DNA of 64,000 bases, from contig NC_043019.1 of assembly GCF_006345805.1 (NCBI RefSeq), positions 5,765,360-5,829,359 of the forward strand, given 5' to 3'. Under the pieces are notes generated by a model that was not told the DNA's origin, made no database searches, and saw only the letters and a program-made list of their open reading frames with translations. The translations under genes and the position numbers were made by a program. The stretch comes from Octopus sinensis. Its lineage: Eukaryota. Shown piece by piece: positions 1-10,973 of the stretch (positions are counted from its first letter, which is position 1; every line of letters begins with the position of its first letter).

Positions 1-195
1 TGTGGTTTTCATTGAGATTAATCTAATCATTGTACAATCCTTTGCCATTGTAAACATCACCTCGATTCTGGAACCACAAAAGTAGTTTAAGGACAACTGG
101 AAGGGGCCAGATGGACTCACTCTTTGCCCTTGGACTAGAAACAGATTCTCCATATGGAACACAATCATTAGCGACCCTTTGGTTCAATCACACGT

Positions 196-502
196 GTGGA
201 GGCACATGGCCTAGTGGTTAGAGCAGCAGACTTGCGGTCGAGGGATCGTGGGTTCGAATCTCAGACTGGGTGATGTGTGTGTTTATGAGCGAAACACCTA
301 AGCTCCACACAGCTCCAGCAGAAGGTAATGGCGAAACTTCTGCTGACTCTTTCACCACAACTTTCTCTCACTCTTTCCTCCTGCATCTTGCAGCTCATCT
401 GCGACGGACCAGCGTCTGGTTCAGGTGGGGAACCTATACGCCAAAGAAACCGGGAAACCGGCCCTTATGAGCCAGGCATGGCTCGAGAAGGAACAAACAA
501 AA
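196..502 (+). mobile_element. tRNA-derived SINE, family C head with tail type 2
   Basis: Head has A-box-like TGGCCTAGTGG and B-box-like GGTTCGAATC; a second copy of the same head and tail is at 18469-18758. Confidence 0.85.
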
Positions 503-1134
503 AGAAACAGTCACATGTCATATAATGTTCCAGCAGAGGCTGGAGTTACTGCATTCATAACTCAATGGAATAAGGTGCTGAAATACCATAATCTGTCATT
601 AATTAAATCTTACAGATTATGGCTTTTGATATGTCAGTGTGTTATTCTCATGTGATAGCGTAACAAAACTAATTGCCTGATACTTCAGGGGTACAATTAT
701 CTACGAAAAAAATAATTGAAATAATTAGGTAGTGATTAAGAACACGCAGCAAGCTGGACATATCTACTCTGTCATAGCGACCCAGTTTACACATCATCTC
801 CAATGTGTTCTATACCACATCAACTATTGTTGGATGTGTAGCAACAGATACGCGCACAAGGAAAATTCCATGAACACTTACAGATAAACTCAATGCATTA
901 TCCACCAGATGAACCAAAAAGTGAAATTATGTTTCTTTAGGGAATCAAAATTACTTCCCTGTATGATGAAACTGACTAAGCTGTCACTATAAAGCTTTTC
1001 TTTGTTAAAATAAAATATGATTACATAATGATATTGAGTGATCCTTTGAGTAATGTTAACTACTATTTACATATAACTATAATTTATATATATTTATATT
1101 ATTATATATATAACTATAATTTATATATAACTGG

Positions 1135-1456
1135 CCTCATGCAGGTGGCACGTAAAATGCACCATCCGTTCGTGGCCGTTGCCAGCCTCGCCTGGCCCCC
1201 GTGCCAGTGACACATAAAAAGCACCATCCAATCATGGCCGTTTGCCAGACTCGTCTGGCACCTGTGCCGGTGGCACGTAAAAAGCACCCACTACGCTCAT
1301 GGAGTGGTTGGCGTTAGGAAGGGCATCCAGCCATAGAAACATTGCCAGATCAAACTGGGCTTGGTGCAGCCTTCTGATTTCCCAGACCCCAGTTGAACAG
1401 TCCAACCCATGCTAGCATGGAAAGCAGACGCTAAACAATGATGATGATGATGATGA
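1135..1456 (+). mobile_element. Family D non-autonomous retroelement (5' hairpin repeats, GGCGTTAGGAAGGGCATCCAGC core, (GAT)n tail)
   Basis: About 10 homologous copies in the window; ends in (GAT)n like the RTE fragment at 26029-26579. Confidence 0.8.
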
Positions 1457-1500
1457 ATGAGGACGTATTTCACAAAAGGAAAAGTATTATAACCATGCAT

Positions 1501-1667
1501 AGGTGCAGGAGTGGCTGTGTGGTAAGTAGCTTGCTTACCAACCACATGGTTCCGGGTTCAGTCCCACTGCGTGGCACCTTGGGCAAGTGTCTTCTACTAT
1601 AGCCTCGGGCCGACCAATGCCTTGTGAGTGGATTTTGGTAGACGGAAACTGAAAGAAGCCCGTCGTA

Positions 1668-1705
<38 letters not shown>

Positions 1706-1708
1706 ATT

Positions 1709-1750
<42 letters not shown>

Positions 1751-1970
1751 CGTGTATGTTTGTGTGTCTGTGTTTGTCCCCCTAGCATTGCTTGACAACC
1801 GATGCTGGTGTGTTTATGTCCCCGTCACTTAGCGGTTCGGCAAAAGAGACCAATAGAATAAGTACTGGGCTTACAAAGAATAAATCCCGGGGTCGAGTTG
1901 CTCGACTAAAGGCAGTGCTCCAGCATGGCCGCAGACAACTGACTGAAACAAGTAAAAGAGTAAAAGAGTA
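1501..1970 (+). mobile_element. tRNA-derived SINE family A, full length
   Basis: A box TGGCTGTGTGG, B box GGTTCAGTCCC, CORE-like ACCTTGGGCAAGT, internal (TA)n(TG)n, 3' (GTAAAAGA)n; more than 20 copies in the window. Confidence 0.9.
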
Positions 1971-2119
1971 GCTGAGGTTGGGTATAGGGACAACACTTAT
2001 TGTATCCAGAACCAAAATACTAATAAAATTCCCAGTAATGATAAAATATTAAATATGATGAAATGGGCAATAAAAATCTATACATCAAACAATCTTATAT
2101 CAGTAAGTTAATTAAAAGC

Positions 2120-2190
<71 letters not shown>
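2120..2190. repeat. (AAT)n microsatellite
   Basis: Direct reading. Confidence 0.95.
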
Positions 2191-2191
<1 letters not shown>

Positions 2192-2512
2192 TGGAGAAAC
2201 TCTCAAAATACAAAGACCTGGAAATAGTGGTAACCAGAACGTGGAATCTGAAAACAGAAACAATTCCTATCATAGTAGGTGCATTAGGCATGATAAAAAA
2301 ATATTCAGACAAATACATAACAAAAACACCAGGACTTACAAACACATATAACATACAGAAAATTGCACTACTGGGTACTGCACACATCCTACGCAGAACA
2401 CTTTCCATACAATAACCATCAGAGTATCACAACAAATCACAGCACATACCCAAGGCACACAGAGCTGCGCTCGGTAGTGAAGTGAAAGCACGCTATAAAA
2501 ATAAAACTACTG
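2191..2512 (+). mobile_element. 3' end of an RLE-type non-LTR retrotransposon (R4/Dong-like), 5'-truncated
   Basis: EKLSKYKDLEI...WNLKTETIPIIVGALG...QKIALLGTAHILRRTL matches the C-terminus of restriction-like-endonuclease LINEs; followed by a 3' UTR and flanked by (AAT)n on both sides. Confidence 0.8.
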
Positions 2513-2589
2513 AATAATAATAATAATAATAATAAGATTGGTAAAATAGAAAGTATTGAAGATAAGCATTAATATTGGTTTCCTATTTT

Positions 2590-3130
2590 AGTACAAGGCC
2601 AGCAATTTCAGAGGAGGAGGTAAGTCAATTACATTGATCCCAGCATTCAACTGGTACTTATTTTATTGGCAGCGAGGGTGCGTGGCTTAGTGGTTAGGGG
2701 CATTCGGCTCATGATCGTAAGGTTGTGAGTTCGATTTCTGGCGACGCGTTGTGTCCTTGAGCAAGACATTTTATTTCACGTTGCTCTAGTCCATTCAGCT
2801 GGCAAAATTGAGTTGTACCTGTGTTTCAAAGGATCAGCCTTGTCACACTCTGTGTCACGCTGAATCTCCCTGAGAACTACATTAAGGGTACACGTATCTG
2901 TGGAATGCTCAGCCACTTGCACATTAATTTCACGAGCAAGCTGTTCCATTGATCATATCAGCTGGGACCCTCGTCGTTGTAACCGAGAGAGTGCTCCTTA
3001 TTTTATTGGCTCTGAAAGGTATCAAAAACAAAGTCAACTTAGGCAGAATTTGAACTCAGAATGTAAAAACTGACAAAATGTTGCTAAGCATTTTGCCTAG
3101 TGTGCTAAAAATTCTACCAGCTTGCTGCTC
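2590..3130 (-). mobile_element. SINE family B copy interrupted by a family G SINE
   Basis: B-family sequence at 2590-2670 resumes at 3011-3130. Confidence 0.75.
2671..2996 (+). mobile_element. tRNA-derived SINE family G (core GTGTCCTTGAGCAAGAC, tail shared with C1)
   Basis: 14-bp target-site duplication CTTATTTTATTGGC at 2657-2670 and 2997-3010. Confidence 0.9.
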
Positions 3131-3151
3131 CAACGATAATAACAATAATAA

Positions 3152-3300
3152 CTAGCAAGACCCGTGAATATTTCACAGAATAAATGGTAAACCTATTGGA
3201 TTATTTCTGAAAACTTTATCCAAAAACCCTGGAAGTGTAGCCTGTGTTGTGTCTGTATGGAAAGGTAGTCACTCAAAAATGAAAGAAACGGGATTTGGAT
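3152..3300 (-). mobile_element. Helitron-type 3' terminus (the extent of the 5' part is unknown)
   Basis: Minus strand reads hairpin CTGTGAA-ATA-TTCACGG, then GTCTTG, then CTAG|T. Confidence 0.5.
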
Positions 3301-4049
3301 CATTACTCAATGTACTTTATACACTTTATGTACTTTATGTACAATTTTATAGAATTAATACACAGCACTCATAAAATAAATATTCATTCTTATTTTTCTA
3401 TTTTCCCCATAAAAAAAAAATCCTGTACATATGATACAACCTTTAGTTAAATTGCAAATATCTACCACGTACATATGTGTGAATATTTCATGGAATTGCA
3501 CTTATGCACATGCATTAAGTGATGGGTGATATGAAAAACTTAGTTCAATTTTAAAAATAACACTTTTCACAATCCAGTCACCACCACCACCACCACCACC
3601 ACCACCATCATTATCATCATCTCTCTCTCTCTGCCTTTCTTTAACCTCACCATCAGAACATTACCCCTCTGCTAAAATTATATTTTTAACTCTCCTCCTC
3701 TGCCTTCAACTAACTTTTTCAACCACATAATGAAAATTACATTCCTCCTACCTCACCTCATGGATGCTTCTTTCTCCCTCTTTCTGTCTCACTCTTTGCC
3801 TTATTCTTTTTTCTCTCTCTCTCTCCTTTTTCTTTCTGCTCTCTTTCCTTTCATCTAATCACGTGAAAGTGTTACAAATTACATTCCCTCTCCACCTCAC
3901 TCACAGATGTTTCTTTCTCTCTCTTTTTCTCCCTCACTCTTTTTCTCTCTCCTTCTTTTCTTTCTCCCTCTTCTCTAATCACATGAAACTGTTACTAACG
4001 GGCTAATTAATGCAATGACAAGCAGGATCATTATAAGTTGATAATTTCA

Positions 4050-4255
4050 AATTTTGGCTCAAGGCCAGCAGTTTTGGAGAAGGGGTTAAACCAATTACAT
4101 TGACCCCAATACTCAACTGGTACTTAGTTTATCAACCCCAAAAGGATGAAAGGCAAAGTCGATCATGGGGGAATTTGAACTCAGAATGTCAAGGCATATG
4201 AAATGTTGCTAAGCATTTTGCCCACTGTGCTAACAATTCCACCAGCTTTTACCTT
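4050..4255 (-). mobile_element. SINE family B, degenerate
   Basis: Homology to the other B copies (TTCTGAGTTCAAATTCC...GACTTTGCCTTTCATCC). Confidence 0.75.
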
Positions 4256-4259
4256 ATAC

Positions 4260-4273
4260 TATTAATAATAATA

Positions 4274-4312
<39 letters not shown>

Positions 4313-4739
4313 TAATAATAATTAATAATAATAATAATATAATAATGATAATAATAATAATAATAATAATAATATAATATAATAATAATGATAATAATAA
4401 TAATAATAATAATAATTATAATTAATAATAATAATAATATATAATAATAATAATAATGATAATATAATAATAATAATTATAATATAATAATAATGATATA
4501 ATAATAATAATAATAATAATATAATAATAATAATTATAATAATAATAATAATGATATAATAATAATAATAATAATTAATAATAATAATAATAATGATAAT
4601 AATAATATAATAATAATAATTATAATAATAATAATTATAATAATAATAATAATGATATAATAATAATATAATAATAATAATAATAATAATAATGATAATT
4701 ATAATAATAATAATAATAATTATAATAATAATAATAATG

Positions 4740-4822
<83 letters not shown>

Positions 4823-4928
4823 TATAATAATAATAATAATAATTATAATAATAATAATAATGATAATAATAATAATAATAATAATTATAATAATAATAAT
4901 AATGATAATAATAATAATAATAATAATT
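4260..4928. repeat. Long interrupted (AAT)n microsatellite
   Basis: Direct reading; explains the poly-Ile ORF 4692-5024. Confidence 0.95.
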
Positions 4929-5073
4929 TATGTTCTGAGTTCAAATTCCACCAAGTTTGATTTTGCCTTTCCTCCTAACAGGGTCAATAAATTAAGTACC
5001 AGTTTGCTACTGGGGTCAATCTAATCGACTGGCCCCCTCCCCCAAAATTTCAGGCCTTGTACCTAGAGTATAA

Positions 5074-5075
<2 letters not shown>
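4929..5075 (+). mobile_element. SINE family B, 5'-truncated, tail variant B2
   Basis: B core followed by the CGACTGGCCCCCTCCCCCAAAATTTCAGGCCTTG tail, also seen at 33520-33635 and 34020-34078. Confidence 0.8.
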
Positions 5076-5112
<37 letters not shown>

Positions 5113-5116
<4 letters not shown>

Positions 5117-5460
5117 CATAGCCATGTGTTGAGAGGGATTCTTTGGGGTTTGGATAATTCACCTCTGGAAACATGGGTGTTTCACTCAACATCCTTAACC
5201 TTTATTCAGGGACCTTTTGAGCGGGATGGGCTACTCAACCAGAAAAAAATTCTAACTGGGCCCCACCTGCAAGGTCATGTGCTGTTTATCTTGATATGAG
5301 ATCACCATGTCATGCACATATGGTTGTGATGCCTGTGCCTAGTGTACCCTTATCAGATGGGTAGTCATGATGGGTATACTGGGCTTTGTATATTTTACCC
5401 CGGTGTCACTTTGATGGCATGAACTGCTCTCTCACTCAATGATAATAATAATAATAATAA
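5113..5460 (+). mobile_element. Probable retroelement 3' fragment with (AAT)n tail, family unassigned
   Basis: GC-richer block ending in an (AAT)n tail; single copy in the window, so its repeat status is inferred. Confidence 0.4.
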
Positions 5461-5533
5461 CATCAATAATAGTAATAATGATGATGATGAGTCAATAGAT
5501 AAGGTGCTAAGGTGCCACATATGAATGAATGAA

Positions 5534-5920
5534 TGCTATTGTAATTTCCAAAAGCAAAATTATATGTCTTTTAGAAAATCAACATTTAAAGAAGGATATA
5601 GCATATCAGTTTAAGGTCATCATTCCAGGGAATTGTACAAATTAGTACATAGGTTCTTCTGATTCAATTTAGAAATATAGATTAATAATCTGAGGTATTT
5701 TTGCCATCTCAATATGGCAAAAATAAGATTAATAATCATTCTTCATTTAAGTCTAGAAGAAAATGTAATTCTACAAACCTTAGTAAATACATTTCAGATT
5801 TAAAAGACCGGAACATCAAATATGATATAAAGTGATCCATTATTAGTTTGTACCATCATACGATACTGGTAATTTTAAATGGGATCTCTACCTTCAGGAA
5901 ACATAACGATATAATTACTT
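5534..5920 (+). pseudogene. Decayed Penelope-like element GIY-YIG endonuclease fragment
   Basis: Manual translation across stops and frameshifts: CYCN..KQN..CLLENQHLKKDIAYQFKV...YIGSSDS...NHSSFKSRRKCNSTNLSKYISDLKDRNIKYDIK*SII..PSYDTGNFKWDLYLQE. This follows the PLE pattern CNC-CPL-IVY-YIG-NH..SF-NST.LSKYIW.LK-I.W-C.LCL.EK. Confidence 0.75.
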
Positions 5921-6353
5921 CTAACTTTCCGCTTTGTATGCATTCATCGATTGGAGATATTTTCTTAGTTCAGTTTGAATTTAACCAATTTCAGATTGCC
6001 TTGATAATGTTGTGTTAGCATATATTTTCAGATATATTAGTTAGACTGGTATTTTATTACCTGTATCTAAATATGCTGGCACAATAGAAACAATCTTCAG
6101 TAATGTCGTAATGGTGTAAAGATGTGATTTTTTCCCATTTTTGTTCTTGTTATCATATCCTCTGAATTTCTTCTCAGTGATATTTGTGTTTACTTGTCAT
6201 ACATGAGAGATTACCTTGGATGGTAATCTACTTGAAACTATTGGTATCTCATTGTTTGATAAAGTCAGCCAAGTTCACTTAATACTCTGTGCTTTAGAGA
6301 TATCTGTCTGGATTTATGATCCCTTTTGTCTTTTATCATATATACATACATAT

Positions 6354-6646
6354 ATATTGTTGTATTTCGGAATGGTCATTTTGCCAGTTTAGCCAATAAA
6401 AACACACGCACTATATATTTGGTGTTACTTTGCTTCGGCGTTATTTATTTTTTACATTAAACTAAATCTTATTTCGGCCAGAGTTCTTTCGTCACACTCC
6501 TGAGACCGCATCAGTGGTCCTTTGCTTTCTTCTTTCTTATTTGTGTGCCTCTCCTTACTAACCATCAGCCACTTTGTATTTCTATTGTATGTGTCTTCAT
6601 TTATTGGCTAAACTGGCAAAATGACCATTCCTAAATACAACAATAT
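6354..6646. mobile_element. MITE-like element with 47-bp terminal inverted repeats and an internal hammerhead-like motif
   Basis: 6354-6400 is the reverse complement of 6600-6646 with 1 mismatch. Confidence 0.8.
6476..6520 (-). ncRNA. Type I hammerhead-like motif with A9C change
   Basis: GGACCA-CUGAUGC-G-GUC..GAC-GAAA-G-AA-C-UC-UGGCC; stem I pairs at 4 of 5 positions. Confidence 0.5.
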
Positions 6647-6711
6647 CTGTTTCAACATACGATTTCACATCAAAAATCTTGCAAAACAAATATATATATA
6701 TATATATATAT

Positions 6712-6982
6712 ATCACGTGATCACGTGACCGACCAGTCCATCAGATGTAGTTACACATCGCTGGTCACAATGCGTTCGCATTGTTTTAGCCTTCGAATGA
6801 CACCACCCCGCGAGCAGGCCAACAGAAGAAAGAGTGAGAGAAAGTTGTGGCAAAAGAGTACGGCAGGGTTCGACACCCCTGCCGGAGCCTCGTGGAGCTT
6901 TTAGGTATTTCCACTCAATAAACACTCACAACGCCTGGTCTGGGAATTGAAACCGTGATCAACTGGGCCATTGCGCCTCCAC
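6712..6982 (-). mobile_element. SINE family C head with tail type 3, internally deleted head
   Basis: Head and core match 32242-32410; the tail differs and ends TCACGTGATCACGTGA. Confidence 0.8.
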
Positions 6983-7040
<58 letters not shown>

Positions 7041-7073
7041 GGGGTTTAACACAGGTATAATTCAAATACTTTT

Positions 7074-7158
7074 ACTTCTGACATGTTTCTAAGATTTCAC
7101 TGACATTATTCAAAAGAATAAAATGGTGTAAAACAATGTAATCTTCTCTTCAGGAAGT
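7074..7158 (-). ncRNA. Mirror hammerhead copy, partly degenerate
   Basis: CUGAAGA...GAAA-CAUG-UC; C11.1 is changed to A and one stem I C is lost. Confidence 0.6.
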
Positions 7159-7260
7159 GAAGAAATGAAACTCGTCAAAAAGACATTTTAACAGAAAATG
7201 ATGTAAATATTAAAATGTTAAAAAATGTTAAAATGTCTTATTGACGAGTTTCATTTCTTC

Positions 7261-7348
7261 ACTTCCCTGAAGAGAAGATTACATTGTTTTACACCATTTT
7301 ATTCTTTTGAATAATATCAGTGAAGTCTTCGAAACATATGTTGGAAGT
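7261..7348 (+). ncRNA. Type I hammerhead ribozyme, core intact
   Basis: Stem I ACUUCC/GGAAGU, CUGAAGA (7267-7273), stem II pairing 12 of 13 positions, GAAA (7331-7334), palindromic stem III ACAUAUGU, cleavage triplet GUU. Confidence 0.8.
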
Positions 7349-7404
7349 AAAAGTATTTGAATTATACCTGCGTTAAACTCCATTTATTTATTTATATATT
7401 ATCA

Positions 7405-7700
7405 TTGGGCAAGTGTCTTTTACTATAGCTTCGGGCCGACCAAAGCCTTGTGAGTGGATTTAGTAGACGGAAACGGAAAGAAGCCCGTCGTATATATGTA
7501 TATATATATATGTGTGTGTGTGTATGTGTGTGTGTGTTTGTGTGTCTGTGTTTGTTCCCCTAGTATTGCTTGACAACCAATGCTGGTGTGTTTTTGTCCC
7601 CTTAACTTAGCGGTTCGGCATAAGAGACCGATAGAATAAGTACTAGGCTTACAAAGAATAAGTTCTGGGGCTGATTTATGACTGAAACAAGTAAAAGAGT
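7405..7700 (+). mobile_element. SINE family A, 5'-truncated
   Basis: Homology to full-length A copies. Confidence 0.85.
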
Positions 7701-7767
7701 ATGGAAATGTGTATAGCGACGCATTAAAATATTTATAAATTCCACCCAAGAATTATTATTGTTATTA

Positions 7768-7816
<49 letters not shown>

Positions 7817-7974
7817 TGTGTGAGTGTATTTGTGTGTGAATATATATATATACATGATGGACACTCCCGTTGTTAGATGATGTATGAGGGTGTGACAATT
7901 CCTTACCGAACAACCACAGATGATTTGTTTATAGTCATCAAATGTTTGTGTTGACATAAGTTCACTCCCTCCAT

Positions 7975-8098
7975 CAGATCGAGATTACCTGTACAGGTGC
8001 AACTGGGTGCTACATGTCAGATGTCGAAATAATCACATTGCGCTCAAGAACACAATGCAATGCCTAGTCTGGGGATCGAACCGACAATCTCACAATTA
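7975..8098 (-). mobile_element. SINE G/H-type head and core fragment
   Basis: GCTCAAGAACACAA...GGGGATCGAACC matches 42720-42765. Confidence 0.6.
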
Positions 8099-8167
8099 TA
8101 TATATATATGAATATGCATATATATTATTACATGTACACACACACAGATATAGATAGGTAGATATAG

Positions 8168-8196
8168 ACAGACAACTAGATCAACAGACAGGTAGG

Positions 8197-8230
<34 letters not shown>

Positions 8231-8232
8231 TG

Positions 8233-8305
<73 letters not shown>

Positions 8306-8345
8306 GGATGGATAGATGGATGGATAGATAGAGACAGACAGACAG
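8168..8345. repeat. (AGAT)n microsatellite
   Basis: Direct reading. Confidence 0.95.
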
Positions 8346-9377
8346 AAAGTCCTGGACTATGGATCGCATGCTCATAACTTCAGATGTTACAAGAAGCAGT
8401 GTGTTGTGCCCTGAGAAAGTATTATAACTGTTGGGTGTAGTTTGTACTGACGTTCCTAATACAGCTTACTGATGCTAGACTTCATAGATGAGGAGTTGAC
8501 ACAAGGGAGAGCAACCAGTCTCTGAGAGCCATCGTTATAGTGAATCAACTATCCATCCTTTAAAACCTCTGGTGACATGTGTGTGTGTGTGTGTGTGTTT
8601 TGTACAGATGTGTAAATCAAATGTGAAAATGAATAAAAATGAGGACGTAATTGTACCTGAACTCAAATACAAATGAACACCTAAACATTTTCTGAAAAGG
8701 TATAAATATATGTTTATATACTAATTTAGTAAAAATATGCAGGCGGATCCTCTAAGCTTTCAGAACGAGAGAAAAGAAAACTGTGATGGTCCTTTAGAGA
8801 GCATATGCCCTCAGCCGCTTCGACTACTTCTCTCAACTATGGGCACCACACAGTATAAAATTAACAGCAGAACTCAAAGCAATCCAACAAAGCTACACAA
8901 AGAAAATTGTCTCATGGCAAAGGCTGAAAGAGTTTAAACTCTTCTCCCAAGAAGTCTTCATCAGCAGGTAACACCTAGATCAAACATATAAGTGCGAGGC
9001 AAATCCAGCATGTGCCTCTTGCTTATACATTTTAAGTTTTCAAATCCACCATACCTGCTGATGAAGACTTTGCCTAGAAAATTATTTTATTTGCTAAAAA
9101 AAGTCAGAAACCACGGTCCAGGAGATAGATGGTAAATGCTTTTATTTCTCATTCCCTTTGAGTTTTTATCCCTAATAGTGGTTTAGACTTTAGCTGTTCC
9201 TTCTTGCATGAAAAGAACCCTGTGAAGGATACTTCTTATGTGTTTAAATATACACTGTGTTTATATGAATAATATATAGTCTATTGACTAATTTTTCTAC
9301 ACGCTAGGCCACAGGTAGTAAAAATTTCTAAAATATTTATTACCCTCATATTATTAATTATATATATACATATATAT

Positions 9378-9749
9378 GTAGGCACAGGTGTAGCTGTGTG
9401 GTAAGAGGTTTGCTTCCCAACTACATGGTTCTGGGTTCAAGTCTCACAGCATAGCACCTAGGACAAGTGTCTTCTACTATTGCCTTGTGCTGACTAAAGC
9501 CTTATGAGTAGATTTGGTAGACGAAACTGATAGAAGCCCATCATGTGTGTGTGCTTATGTTTATGTGTGTGTGCGTGTGTGTATATTTTGCATCTGTTTG
9601 CTCCCAGCACCACTTGACAAATGGCATTGGTGTGTTTATGTCCCAGTAACTTAGCGATCTGGCTAAATAGACTAATAGAATAAGTCCTAGACATAAAAAA
9701 TGTCCTGGGGATAATTCAACGGTTTTTAGCCATATAACTGAAGCAAGCA

Positions 9750-9755
<6 letters not shown>
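9378..9755 (+). mobile_element. SINE family A, degenerate
   Basis: Homology to full-length A copies. Confidence 0.8.
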
Positions 9756-9805
<50 letters not shown>

Positions 9806-10176
9806 ATATATATGTAGTTCAAATTTTCAGAAAACAAAAGATGAAGACAGGCGAAGGAATAACAAGCAGATGTATTAGCTTGATGCTTGGGAAAAATGGA
9901 CAAGTCTTTGATGTTTTGAGCCTATGCTCTTCAACAGAAATGATTGAGTGGAAAAAAAAAGGAGAGGGAATAAAAAAATGTGTAGGGAATAATGGTTCAA
10001 CATGATGAAAAATAAAACGTATTTGAAATGCAGAGTAGATAAACAGCCGACAACTGATGAAGGGTCGTTCTTTATGTTACTTGTCTTGTTTTTCCATTTG
10101 TTTCTTTTGTTGTTTGCAAAAAAGTCTATGTATTTCCTGTTGTTTATGTTTTGTGACGTCCTGTACCCATATATGC

Positions 10177-10234
<58 letters not shown>

Positions 10235-10351
10235 TTTCAGCTCAGTTAGCTGGTTTACCAAGCACATTATTTTATGATTGAACACCACGTATCCATTTCC
10301 AAGTATATATATGTATAGAATGTTTGAAGTGATGCACAGATATTGTATATT

Positions 10352-10670
10352 AAGAAAAAGGGAGGCAGTCAGAATTTTGGATAATTCTTTATTAATGCTT
10401 TCATCTGTTTAACTAAACTCTTCATGAAAAATTGAAACAATAAAAACAGAAAGTTTCTTCAATTTTTTCATATGAATCAAAGAGCAGATGTTTTTTTTTT
10501 GTTTCGTTTAGAAGAAGAGAAAATTTTGTTTTTTTGGAGAAAGGAAGAAAGTGAAGAGAATAGCAGGACAATCGATTTTTTTTTATCATTTTGGTTCAAT
10601 TTTTCTTGAAGAGTTTGGTCAAACAAACCTCTAATAAAGTATTATCCAAAATTCTGACTGTCTCATTTTC

Positions 10671-10675
<5 letters not shown>
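10352..10675. mobile_element. Foldback/MITE-like element with diverged inverted arms of about 100 bp
   Basis: CAGTCAGAATTTTGGATAAT..CTTTATTA and AAACTCTTCA.GAAAAATTGAA recur in inverted orientation. Confidence 0.7.
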
Positions 10676-10701
<26 letters not shown>

Positions 10702-10710
10702 CAACAATAT

Positions 10711-10935
10711 TAAGGAATGGCCTTTATAGGCCATTCGACCCACTAGAAAGAGCAGCTAAACTCAAACCGTTAAATAGTTGTAATTCAGAAACCAAAGGAA
10801 AATAAAAACATTTACCCTTATCATCTTTGGACTATGCATAGTTTCGACATACATATTTGTTGACTATTTTTCCTTTCTCACTGGACCACTGGTGGCGAAA
10901 AATTTCTCTTGAATTTTTTGCTACCCTGATATTGA
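10711..10935 (+). repeat. Dispersed repeat J (second copy at 15607-15822)
   Basis: Both segments are homologous to the 15.6-kb copy, one of them in opposite orientation. Confidence 0.65.

Positions 10936-10973
<38 letters not shown>

Larger units (their letters stand above)
7031..7391. mobile_element. Palindromic element, arms of about 163 bp, with a hammerhead in each arm
   Basis: 7031-7193 is the reverse complement of 7226-7391 with scattered substitutions. Confidence 0.85.
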
